64,000 bases of DNA. Origin: Geosiphon pyriformis uo1 (taxonomy: Eukaryota > Fungi > Glomeromycota). Below, in pieces: positions 40,001-52,600 of this stretch; position 1 is the stretch's first letter, and every line of letters starts with the position of its first letter. The stretch covers positions 1,177,163 through 1,241,162 of the forward strand of contig JAAOMT010000697.1 in the NCBI GenBank assembly GCA_016748015.1, given 5' to 3'. Made by a program: the position numbers and the translations under genes. Below the pieces are notes generated by a model. It had not been told where the DNA came from and made no database searches. It was given only the letters and a program-made list of their open reading frames with translations.

Positions 40001-41621
40001 ATAAATTAAGTTTTGAATTATAAACAGATTTTCAGGTGTAAAAGTTTTTATTTCTGATTTAGATACTGGTTATTTGGGTTTAAAAATAACAATAGTAATA
40101 AATAATATTTTTGTTCAGTATGTGTGCAAAGTTTTTAAAATCTCTAGTTATTTTTTTTCAATTTATTTGTTGTTTAACAATAAACTTTTGGTAATAATAC
40201 TAAGTTTGTATGCTAATATTTTTATTAGTATATATTTTGATTAGGTCTGTAAAGTAAATTTATGTAATATTAAGACAGTTAATTTAAATTTTTATGTAAT
40301 ATTAGGTGGTAATTTTAATAAAAATATAATAAAGCAAAATATAAATTTGAAGAAATATTTTAATTTAGATTTGTACAATTTTTTTTCAAATAATCTTGTT
40401 GTTAAACTTCTGATTTAAAATAATTTAAAAAGTATAAAAAAAACTATAAATTATATTTTTATTAATAAATATATTTTGATGGCTGTAATTAATCAAGAAA
40501 TTAATAGTGTATTTAATTTTTTTAATATTGACTATATGACTGTTATAATTTCTTTCAACTTAAGTGGTTTTTTAAATAAATGTTTAAATAAAATTTGGAA
40601 ATATGCTAATAAAAATTGATAGAAATTTAAGATTAAAAATATGAATTATGCCAAGTAAATATGCTTTAAAAAAGTTTTTTTTGCTAAGTTTTTAATAGTA
40701 ATAAATAAGTTTGTAAACATAAAAATTCTTAATAATTTGAATATTATATAGAAAATATTGAAAAAAATAATAATAGATTTAACTGATTTAATATTTTTAA
40801 ACATTGATTTAGCAAGTTTAAATGCTTAAAAAACAAACAATCTTTAAAGTTTTTTGGTTTAAAATTGTTAATTGCTAAAATTTTAAAAAAATTAAGCTTA
40901 AACAGCAGATTTTAATGTGATTATTTCATTAAAAAATAGTCTACTATTGATAATATAAAGTTTTTTAAAGTTAGAAATATGTTTTGAAATAATGCAAAAT
41001 TAATAAATACTATTAGCTACTTGTCAATAATCAAAAAATATAAAAAGTCTAAATATTATAAGTCAAAAATAACCAAAAATATAGCTATTAAAAAATAATT
41101 GAGAAACAAATAAAAAGTTTTAGTTTTAATAAAGGGAATATAATAAGAAGTATTTTAAAATAATATTTTTAAAAAGTAATTCTGAACTATTTGGTATTTA
41201 AAAAAAAATTGGTTTTAAAACCAAATAAAATAAAACTTAAAGTTAATAAAATTATAATAAGTTAGATAAAAAAGCAAAAAGTATTTGTAGTAGTGTTTAA
41301 TTTGTAGTTTTATTAGTATATATTATTAAGTTATATAAAAAAAAATATTTTTTTGGTATAATAAGTAAGATTTGAATAAAAAAATTGGTTTTAGTTATTA
41401 ATAATTTGTCTAATAATAAGGTTATCAGTTTGTTTAAAATATTAAATGAACTTTAAAAACATTATAATAACATAGTAATGAGATGTTCTATTAAGTTTTT
41501 TTCTTTTGTTAATCCCTTAGCCATGATAAAAACAAAGAATAATTTTGAAGTTTTAGCTTTCTTTTTTTCTTTCCCTTCTGTTATTTTAGTTATTTCTTCA
41601 AACACATTTAATTTTGTTGTG

Positions 41622-43561
41622 ATAGAACTGGTGAATATGGTCACTGGTGTTTCTGGCTCTGGTTCAACTGGTTTGAGAACTCATCCAAGCACCAAGAAAA
41701 AACATGTGGACAATGTTTACTCTTATAGTACATCTTATAAGAAGCTTAAGAAGTCTGTTGCCAGTAGTATTGTTGACATGTCTACTAGACTGTTAAACTT
41801 GGCAAATATTGGTGGCAATAATGGCAAATCTGTGATGTCCTGGAGAAGTGAAGTGTGCAGTGTCAAGAGTAGTATTAGCAGTTTTTCTGATTTGGAGAAT
41901 ATGAAGAACATAGTTTTGGAAGAAACAAGTTATGCAAATTCAGACAATTCTATTGGTGATAAGAACATGGATGAAACTACTTTAAAGAAGACTTGAACTT
42001 AAACTTATGTGTTGGGCCATCTACCAAAAGCTCTTTTGTTTGACAATAAGAGTGATGATGGCAATATTTTAAAGCTTCCTTCTCCTAAGTTTGAAGGTTC
42101 CAATCAGTTGCCATTTGTCAAGTCATGTAGTCTGGATAAGAGGAGTTTCAAGCCAGTAAAATTGTTTGCATTAAATATTGAACTTTTGGCTATTTCAGAA
42201 AAATCTGTTAGTAACAAATTGATTTTAATAAAAAAGTCTTTTATTAAGTTGATAATTTTAAGAGAGTCTCTGCTCCTTCAAAATTTCCAGAAATTATCAG
42301 ATTATCATTTACTTCGGAATTAAGCTTGAATAAGACTAAAAAAATGGTGATCTGTGAAAAAATTTTGGTAAACAATGATGTTAGAAAGCCAAGCAGTTAT
42401 TCAAATTGGAAAATAGTTGTTAAGAAGATTCTGGTTGATTTTCCCAAATTGGCTATGGAGTCTGTTTTTTCTAAGTTTGGAAAGATTGTATCAATCAGGA
42501 TGCAATTGATTGGTCTGTAGCAGAAAGCATTGGTTAAATATAAATTATCTGAGATAGCTAATTTGGTCATAGTTAGATAGTCTGTTCTTGTGGAAAAGAA
42601 TTCTGTTTGTGTAGTAAAGATAGTTGATGACAAACAAATATGGGTATTAAGAGATTGGCATCAGGCTTTGTTGTATATATTACCAGTTAGAACTACTGCT
42701 TATGACTTCTCTGGTCTGTTGGCTTTGTTTGATAGAAAAACTTGTATTATTGGCTGCAATCTGGTTATATATGTTTGTAATAGAAGTACAGTAATTTGTT
42801 TTGATAGTAAGGAGTTAAGAAATGTTGTTATTAGTTCTTTGCCAATTTTTAAGAGTGTGAATTTGTGCTGGGCTGGTCTTTCTCTGGCCTGTTGTGCCAA
42901 GTGTAAACAATTGAGTCATATTTCTGATGTGTGCTCATATAATGAGAACTTGGGTGACCATAGGAGAAGATATATCAATTCTCAGGATTGTGTTTGCTTA
43001 GCCAACATATATAAAAAGAAGCAAGCTCCAATTACTCATCTGGTTTTTTTAGTGGTAAAACATGGATACAGATGGCTTTACTTGCTTCTTCCTTTGGAGG
43101 TTCTGATCCTCGGTTTTTTGTCACTGATGTTTCAATTGTGAATAAAGGTGTATCAATTGTCCACAATGACTTATCTATCGACAATTGTTTGGCTTTCTTA
43201 AAATATTCTTTGGAGCTTTTGGCTAATTAAGTATCTAGTATTGTGAGAAAATTAAGCATAGTTGAATTGGTGCCCTTGGCACCTATCTCTCAACCTTCCT
43301 TTCCTCCTATTGTTGCCTCTTTAGGTTTGGTTGTGAGTTTGGATATAGTTGTAGATGTTCTTTATGTGTCTCTTATCTTTTTTCTTGATGGTGTTTAGCA
43401 CAACTTTGGCTTTGGGTTCAAGCAGTTTGAAGATTTTAACTGCCAAAGTGAGTGGTCTGAAATTAAAATTGTTGGTCCTTGATGCTTTTGTATGTTTAGT
43501 TTTGGTAAAATTAGATTAATTATGTACTGGTTTGGGTTTTTTGGCTCATCTTCTTTCTTAA
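41622..43561 (+). pseudogene. LINE-C ORF1 (RRM-like plus CCHC)
   Basis: VFSKFGKIVSIRMQLIGL; intact knuckle CAKCKQLSHISDVC; TAA at 43559-43561. Start position approximate. Confidence 0.85.
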
Positions 43562-46500
43562 TGAGTGATTTGATTTGGAAATTTGCTACATGTAATGTTT
43601 GGAGTATTAATGTCTCTATCAAGCAGGAGAATGTTGTTTGCTGGCATATGAATTTGGGTAGTATGATATCTTTTGTGATGGAAACCAAGTTGAGATCCAG
43701 TATTAAACCATAAATTGCTAATAAGTTTAAGAAGATATGAATTTTTTGTCTGATTTAGATAAAGGTTTTCTTGGTGTGTGTGTGGTCATGATCATGAACA
43801 ATTCTTTGACATGTCATGTCTTTAAGGTAAAAGAAGTTTCTGATTGGGTTATCTTGATATAATTGCTGTTTAAGGACAAGCTCTCAATTATGGTTCTGGG
43901 TTTGTATGCTGGTGCTTCATCTAAAGCTAAGTTTGGGCAGACTTCAAAGGTGAACTCTCTCATTGCAAAGACTGTTAACACCAGTACTTTTGTAGTTTTG
44001 GGGGGTGATTTCAATGAAAACAGATCTGAAAAGAGTGCAAGTATTAAGTTCTGTTTAGATTTGGGATTAGTCAATTTGTTTTCTGGCTACTACTTGGCTA
44101 AGGCTTCTATGTGGAGCAACTCAAAAGAAGTTGAGAAAACTATTGATTTCATTTTTGTCAGTGGGAGTTTGTTTTCAGCTGTTGCTAATCATAAGATTGG
44201 CTTTGTTTCTGACTTTTTTGACACTGATCATAAGGCTGTTATGGTGTCTGTTAACTTGGGTGGACTTCTGGATATTTGTCTAAACAGTTTGTGCAAGCAG
44301 GCCAACAAGGACCAGTAGAAGTTTGGGATTAAAGATACAGATGGTGCCAAGTGGACAAAGTTCAGAGAGTGTTCTTTAGTTAGATTGGCAGAAGTAGGGG
44401 GTGAGTTTTTGGTGGTGAAAATCTGTGGTAATTTGGATGTAATGTGGAAGTTGTTGGAAGAGATAATGGTAAGAGCAGCTGATAAGGTGTTCTTTAGACA
44501 TTGGTTTAGTGTATTTCAGTGCTCACACAATAAACAATCCTCAAAGTTTTTTGGGTTGGAATTGCTGATTGCCAAAATTATTAAGAAGCTGGAATCTGAT
44601 AACATGCTTGAATTCAGACATCTTGCTAAGAAGTGGTTAACTTTGGACTACAATGAGGCTTGTGGGGTTTTGGACATAGTTCAAAGAAATAAAAAATTAA
44701 TAGATGTTTTTAAACAACTGTCAATGGTTCGAAAAAAATACAGAAAATCTAAGCTTTATGAGTTAAAGTTGGCTGAAGAAGCATTTATTAGGAAGGCTAT
44801 TGAGAAACGCATAGAAAGCTTTTGTTTAAATAAAGATAGCATGATAAAGAGTATTTTGAATAAGCTTTTTTGTAAAGTGGTTTTGGATCATTTGGTAGTG
44901 GATAATGAGTTAGTCTTAGACCCTAAAGAGGTGTTGTTTAGTGTTGATAAGATTATAGAAAGTTGGACTAGGAAGTGAATGGTGTCTTTAGTAATGTCTA
45001 ACCATTGGACTTATCAATATGCATCATTGAATTATGTTAATAATGATGCTTTTTTTGGTATAATGGAGAAGATTAGCATGAAAGAGTTGCAATTGGCTGT
45101 CAGCAGTCTGCCTAATAACAAGACAGCTGGTTTATCTGACATTACTAATGAACTTTGGAAACATAGTAGAGATAAGGTGTTGAAATGTCTCTTGGAATTG
45201 CTAAATTTTTGTTTGTTTTTTAAGGGTGTTCTTGTTTTGTAAAAGAGGGCTTGAGTCTCAATGATTCCAAAATCTTATGATTGGAATGGAGTTTTGACAA
45301 ACACTTGATCTATTGCTCTGTTGGAAACAGCAAGAAAAATTTTTTTCAAGATTTTTTCTGATCAGATTTCATCTGTGTACAGTAAGTTTGGTGTCCTCCA
45401 AAGTGACAACTTTTTGGTTTTAAAGGGTACATTCACTCAATTTCCTGTGTTTACTGTTGGGTCAGTGGTCAAAGATGCTTTGGAAAAGAAAAAAAAACTT
45501 TGGTTAGTCTTACAAGCTATGTGCAAAGCATATAATTTGGTTGGTTGGTACCACTTAAGAGCCAGCTTGTGTTAGATCAAAATGTGTGACAGGTTTATTA
45601 GTTTTTTTGGCAGTATACATGAGGACAAGATCAACAGGATAATGACTAATTTTGGCTTGTCAGATGACTATAGAGTACATGATGGGTTAGATCAGGGTGA
45701 AATCTTTTCACCTTTTCTGTAGAAAATCTTTTACAATTTGCTCTTGTGTGAGATTAAGAGACATAAGCAATTGTGTGAGTATTGGATCAATACCAAGTTT
45801 TTCTCAAAAATGGATAGGATTGAAAATGGTAGTGAAATGACTTTTTATTTCACAGCTGATGGGTTTGTTGATAACATGATTTGGGTTGAGAACTATCAGA
45901 CTGCTATTCAGTATGCTCTGAACATTGCCAATGAATTCTTTAATATCAATAATATTTCTATTAACAATGAAAAAACAGTAGTCATTCTTATCAATCAGGG
46001 TGTTAAGGTTGCTTTTTTAAGTATTAGTGGACAGCCAATTTCAATTGTCAGGAAAGGCAAAGTACATTATTATCTGGGTATTTTTTTGTCTACCAAAGAG
46101 CTGTCCAAGCCAAGTATTACAAAAGCCCATTTTGATGTTAGGTTTTTTGTTAATGTTGTTCTTAAAAAGGCTATTACAGATAAACAATTTTCTTATTTGG
46201 TGTTAGCTGTCTTGCAGTCTATTATCAATTATCAGACTCAGTTCAGTTTTGTTTCATCAAATGTGTATTACAAATGAGATGTTGTAATTAGGTAAGATTT
46301 CAGGCTTAAGGCTTGTCTGTCCTGTGATTTTTCTGATGTGGCTTTGCATTATCTCTTCTTATATAACTTGAAGTCTTTCAAGCAAGTACAATCAAAAAGA
46401 AAGATAGCTTCTTTGGTTCCCTTTTCTAATGTCTTGGGCATTCTTGGGCAGTTGTTTAGTCATAGATTTTTGGACTTGCAAGTTTTAAAGTAGGCTCTCT

Positions 46501-48245
46501 TGAACTCTTTGCAATTTCCTGTCAAATTATGTATTAGATCAGTGAACAATTTTTTGGCTGGTGTGGTGAAAATTTTTTTGAACAATAAGCTTTCTTTGGT
46601 TAATGGTCTTCTCAATGCTTTTCATAGTTCTGATCATTTTTCAATATCACTGATTCTCAAGAAAACTTTGTATTTTGATTTTGTTTGTTCTCTAAAACAC
46701 TTCAGGATTGTTTTTGGTGATCAACTTCTTAATAAGAAAGATGGTGTGTTGAATTGAAAGACATTTTAACATTAGAAGAAATTGGATCCAAGGGGCTTTG
46801 TTCTTCATTGGTTTAGAGTTGCATCTGAGTTTTTAATAGGTCAAAGTTTTTTTTTGTCTGGCTGTGCTGTCTTAAATCGGTCATGTGACTTGAATATTCT
46901 GCAGTCTGACATGATGTCTTCTATAAAAGATGGTTTGCATAAGGTCTGGTTATTTTGATGTGTATATGAATAATTCATTGAAGAATATTGGCTTTGCTAA
47001 AGTTGCCAGTTATGCAACTACATACTTTCTGGTTCTGGATCAGAGTATTGGCATTGTATTTCATGGTCTTTATTTTCTATTATGGCTGAGTTGCAGACTA
47101 TTGCTTTGTCTTTGGAGTGTGTTCTGTCTTCTAGTACTGTGAGAGTTTACCTTGACAGCCAAGCTGCTATTGATACATGTTTGTCAGAGTTGGCATTTGC
47201 TGCTTTTGATTTTTGTAAACAATGTTGGATTGAGAGGCATCACATTTTTAATCTAATTAGGGATAAAGATTTTAGTGTAAACTGGGTTAAGATTAAGGGT
47301 TATTTTGGAATTTCTGGTAATAAGAAGGCTGATTTTGCAGCTGAAGTGGCTGTGCAATCTCTGTTTTTGTTGTAGGCAGAAGTGTTGGAACATTTTTTGG
47401 TAGCTAATAACATGGCTGTGTTCGGCAATGCTTGTTATTTTGTCAGAAATATATTTTGGTCTATCTGTTGTGCTTACTGGGAGGCTGGTCCTGGCCACAG
47501 TGTAATTCCAAAAGTGTTGATTGGATGTATGGACTGGGTTGCCACCACAAAGATATGACATCCTAATTTTTACATGCTTACTGGGTTTACCAGCCAGGAA
47601 TCTTCTAAGTTGCGTACATATTTGATAAAAACTGTACACAGGCAACTTCCAATTACAGTTAGAAAAAGAATGTATGATAAGAGTTATTCTGGTGTGTTGT
47701 GTCTGTTGTGTAATGATGTGGAGTTTTCAGATTATGCTTTCACTTATGCTTGAGATGCCGAGATTCATAATGAGATTCTGGCTAAAGCTTCTGTATATTA
47801 GACTGCTTTGGCTGGTGCTTACAATTTGTTTGCTTCTGCTGTTTTGTAGGTTCGTTTTTAATGCTTTTCAGATACTGGCTTGTATGCAATAGTGTGCAAA
47901 GAATTTGTGCTGAAGGAGTAATATAAAGAGGCTTTTAGTGTTTTTAAGAATAGAAAGAAGACTGCTGTTAGAATTGTTGGATATGTGAAATTTATTACAG
48001 AATTGCATTGGGCTAAGATATGGTTGAGAAGGTCTGTACACAGAGTAAAAATAGAGAAGACTGGTTTGGCTCATAATAATGGTGTGGTTTTTGGGCTGTC
48101 TTGTGATACATCTCTGATGTTGTCTAATAGTATAATTAGGTTGCTTGGTATAGTTGAATCTTTTACTATTAGTTTTGGTTCTCATAAAATTAGTCACTTT
48201 TTTTCTGGTTTAGGTGGTTGTATACAGGTTTGTATAGATGTGTAG
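43561..48245 (+). pseudogene. LINE-C ORF2: APE, RT, RNase H, zinc finger
   Basis: ATCNVWSIN, METKL, GGDFNE, IDFIF, DTDH; ETARKI, GLDQGEIFSP, GFVDNM; MAELQTI, LDSQAAI, WVKIKGYFGISGNKKAD; CLLCNDVEFSDY; stop at 48245. Confidence 0.92.
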
Positions 48246-49654
48246 TGTTGCCTTGTCTGGTCTGAATGGCTAGCCATATATAGTAAATATGTAAGTTGCA
48301 TTTACTTTGGATCACTTAGTTTGGCTTTATGTACTAGATAGTGGTTGGGCTTTACTTGTAAAATGTGGTAATAAAAAAAAATTTGAGATGTTTTTTGAAT
48401 TTATTAAACTTTTATTTAACTTTTGGCAATATTTTAGTTTTTTGAAAAAAAGTATAAGTTTTAATGTTTTCAAGCTTTATGATTGATATAGTATTCTTAT
48501 AAATATATAGTTTATTGTATTTATTAATATAACTAAAAAAATTTTGGTAAAAATTTTTTTGAATTGTATTTTTTTGTTTATAATAAATATAATGTTTTTT
48601 AAATACCAATTTCTTGGTTTTGAAAAGTACTTTGACCCAATCTTCTGTGTTTATTATTGGTTTGATAGTAAAAAATGCTTTAAAAAAAAGCCAAAAATTT
48701 TAATAAGTTTTACAGAATATCTGTAAAACATATAATTTAGTTAATTAATATTATTTGAAAACTAGTTTAAAATATATTAAGATATATAATAAGTTTATTA
48801 AGTTTTTTAAAAATATATATATAAACAAAATCAACAAAATAATAATTAATTTTGGTCTTTTAGATAATCACAAAGTATAAAATAATTTTAACCAAAATAA
48901 AATATTTTCTTTGTTTTTTTAGAAGATTTTTTATAATCTATTATTATATAAAATAAAGAAACAAAAATATTTATGTAAATATAAAATTAACACTAATTTT
49001 GTAGCAAAAATAAGTAAAGTAGAAATTAATAAAAAAATCTTTTTTTTTTGCAATTAGTGTTTTTATTGATAATACAATTTAGATAAAAAACAATCAGGCT
49101 TTAACACAGTATATTTTAAATATTATTAGTAAGTTTTTTAAGATTAATAATATTTCTATTAATAATAACAAGACAATAGTAATTTTTATTAATTAAAAAA
49201 TTGTAAATATTTTTTTGTATATTAGTGATTAGCTTATTTTTATTGTCAAGTATAGTAAATCTTATAGGTACTTGGAATTTTTTGGTCAACAGAAAATATG
49301 TCTAAATCAAGTTTTGTTAAGGCATATTTAGATGTTAAATTTTTTTTGAATTTGGTTTTTAAAAAAATATTGTTAAATAAACAGTTTTTTTATTTGGTCT
49401 TAGCAATTTTTTAACTTAAAATAAATTATTAAACACAATTTAATTTTATATTTAAAAGTATATGTTAAAAATAAAATATTATGATTAGAAAAAAATTTAG
49501 ATTTAAAACCAATTTGCTTAAAAATTTTTTTAATCAAACTTTATACTATTTATTTCTGTATAAATTAAAATTTTTTAAACAGATACAAGCAGAAAACAAA
49601 ATAACTTTAATAGTTTGGTTTTTTAATACAACTGGAATTCAAATTAATATAAAA

Positions 49655-52600
49655 TTTTTTTTTTCTCCTCTATTCCAAATTCCCAAAAAAAGAGTCAAAA
49701 AGTTTTTTTTAAAAGAAGTTTTAAATTATTCAGTATGATAAATCAAAACCATTTTTGCTTGATTACAAGGCCACTGTTGGCTCTAGTATTGCTGCTATGA
49801 AAAAGACTATTAAAAATTCTGGTTTAATTACTGGCTTTAAAACTGTTGTGTTAAGAAAAAAAAAAAAAAGGAGCTTTGGTTGATGATGTTAACAACAGAA
49901 AAATTTTTGTTAAAGAAATGAGTAGTCACTTATAAAGTTCTAAGGCTGGTAATACCACTGAGTCTAATAGTGTTGACATGGAGAAAAAATATTTGGTTGA
50001 AGAAACCAGTTTTGATTATAGTAAGAGTGGTATCTTTGTTGAAAGTAATTCTGATCAAACACTTAAAGACTTACAGATATGAACTAAGAAAACATTGGAA
50101 AAGCCATTAAAAAAAATTGATTTTTTGAGCAATAATAATGATAACAATGTTTTGTTAGATGCTTTTTTAATACTTTTTCTCTCTCTTAAGATCTTGGTCA
50201 ATGTTTCTGTTAGAAAATTTTTTACTTTGAATATTGGACTGAATAAAATTGTTAGAAAATCTTTTCAAAAAAAGCTTGCAGTAATCAGAAGATTGTTTTT
50301 AAAAGTCAATAGTTTTGAAGAGGCCTCTATTCTCTCAAAATTTGCTGGAATTATTAGAATAATGTTTATTTTTGAATCAAGCTTGGCTCAAGCTTCTGAT
50401 ATGACAAAAATGACAAAGATCTTGGTAAATATTAATCTCAAAAAATCTGTTGAACATTCAGATTGGGCTGTAATAGTAAAAAAAATTCCAATTGGAACAT
50501 TAACTGAGACTGTACATGCTGTACTATCTGAGTTTAGAGTAATTAAGTCGATCAAAATGCAATTGGTAAGACTCTGGCAGAAGGCTGTAATTAAGTTTGA
50601 GCAATTAAATCAGACTGATTTGGTCACAGCAAATTGGTTTATCCTAATTGGTATTACTAAAGATTTTTGGTATTTTTTCTTAAATGTTGTTAATGTTTGT
50701 TTGCTGTAAATTCACGACTAAAAAAAGTAGTTGGATCTCCAATAACTGAATTTATCTTCAAATTATTTCTTATAATTTAAACTGCTAAGCTTATAAATAA
50801 AATAGTCAATTTTATGCCAGTTGCTTTGTGTAGTTACATTGTAGTAAACATCAATTTTTTTTCAGGAATTGTTTATCTGAAAGCTTACTAAAAATGTGTA
50901 GTTATTTTGCTGTAAAAGTTAACTTTTCTACAGAAATCTTGTTTATAAGCTACTTTAATAATTATAATGAGAAAAAAAATAAAAAATAAAAAAAATGTAA
51001 AAAAAATAGAATTGTGTTAAGGGAAATGTTTTTTATTCAGGCTTGAAATCACTAACAGATTACTGAAATTGGTAGTTAATTAATTTCAAAATGTTAGTTG
51101 TGTTAAGGAAATTTCAAGTGTAATAATTTTAAAGAATTTGGTTTTCAAATATTTAATTTTTATTTGAGATATGTCAAAGATAATTTGTTCTAATTAAGAT
51201 ATTTAAAGTAAGATACTAGGGTAAAATACATTTTTTTAAAGAGAAAAGCTCTTTTTTTATACAACTTATTGTAATACTAGTTTTTAAACTTGCACTTTTC
51301 TTTTTGCTTTAATTTTGTTGAACTAAAAATACATTTTAGCAAACTACAAGTTATTTTTACAAACTATTAATTATTTCGGCCAATTTTCATTAATTTCGAC
51401 AAATTTTGACTATATTAAATAGTTTAAAGTATTGTGTAATTTGATTATCTTAATTTTTATGATACAAATCAAGTTATTAATTAAATGATAATATTTGATA
51501 ATTTGATTAAATAATAAATAATTATTGAAATGATAATAATATATGCTAATTAATAATAGAAATTATGAAGATAATTTTATGTTAATTAATAGCTAAAATT
51601 TTACCGGTAATATTGAAAAAGATGCAATGCATGTTGCTAAAGTAAATTCAGACAAAGAATCATGAAATACTAGAGATTATCATAGGGCACTGTTCTATAC
51701 ATTGCCTATAAGAACTAATGCTCACAACATCTGTGACTTCATTGGCTCTGTGAATAAAAAAACATACATTATTGATCATTATTCAGTCTTATATGCTCAA
51801 ACCAAATGTGCTGTTATTTGTTTTGACTCTGTTAAGTCATTGAATGCTGCCATAAAAACCATGCCAGTGTTAAAAAATGTCAATCTGCATTGGTTTCATT
51901 TGAGTTTAACCAAATATGCCAAGTATGAGAAATTTGGTTATATATTATTAGACTGTGTTTTAGGTAAAAAAGTTCTCTTTGTGGTTTATTTTGTAGGATG
52001 TTATCAGAAGCAAATAAAAGCAGGTTGGCATCTATCTATGCCAAACGTTTAGCATCAATAGCTTGTTTTGTTTTTTTTGATAGTATCTTTTAGGTGAAAG
52101 TTGTTAGTAAGTTCTCTTTCTCTTTTTTTTTTACTGGTAATAGTTTATCAAGTTTTGGCTCTTCTTTAAAAGTAAAGTCTATTCTGCTAGTGTCTATAAA
52201 ACTAAATAATAGGTTTGCTACTCTTGAGTGCAGTCTTACCAGTCTCACAGAGCATATTAATAAGCTGACTAAGAGATTAGATACACTTGGGCCAACAGTT
52301 TTTCAGCTTAGCTATTAATAACTTTTTTATTACAAAATCAAAAAGCAGATATAGTAATAAGTAAGAGTTCATATATAGTCACTAGTAGTAAGACTGTTGT
52401 AAGAATGGTGGTTTTTGATCAATCTGTAATTTTAAAATTGGAAGCAACTATAAACAATCTTTTGGTTACTGTTATGGGCTTAATAATTAAAGTAGACAAT
52501 ATTAATTTGGTATTTGATGTTTATCTCTTTTAATCACTAACCTTATTTAAAAAATTGCTACTTGTAATATAAGGAGCATCAATGTTCTTGCTAAGCAAGA

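Larger units (their letters stand above)
41488..48381 (+). mobile_element. LINE-C: full-length degenerate LINE inserted in the LINE-B RT region
   Basis: TSD core tgagatgtt at 41479-41487 and 48384-48392; ORF1 and ORF2 present; poly(A) 48373-48381. Confidence 0.92.
37905..49640 (+). mobile_element. LINE-B: old, heavily eroded LINE, split by LINE-C into ~37905-41487 and 48384-~49640; 3' part missing
   Basis: Shared 5' leader; ORF1 relic 38483-38686 (aligns with LINE-A ORF1); APE relic ttaggtggtaattttaat (~40302). RT resumes after LINE-C and ends at FFKQIQAENKITLIVWFFNTTGI. Confidence 0.8.
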
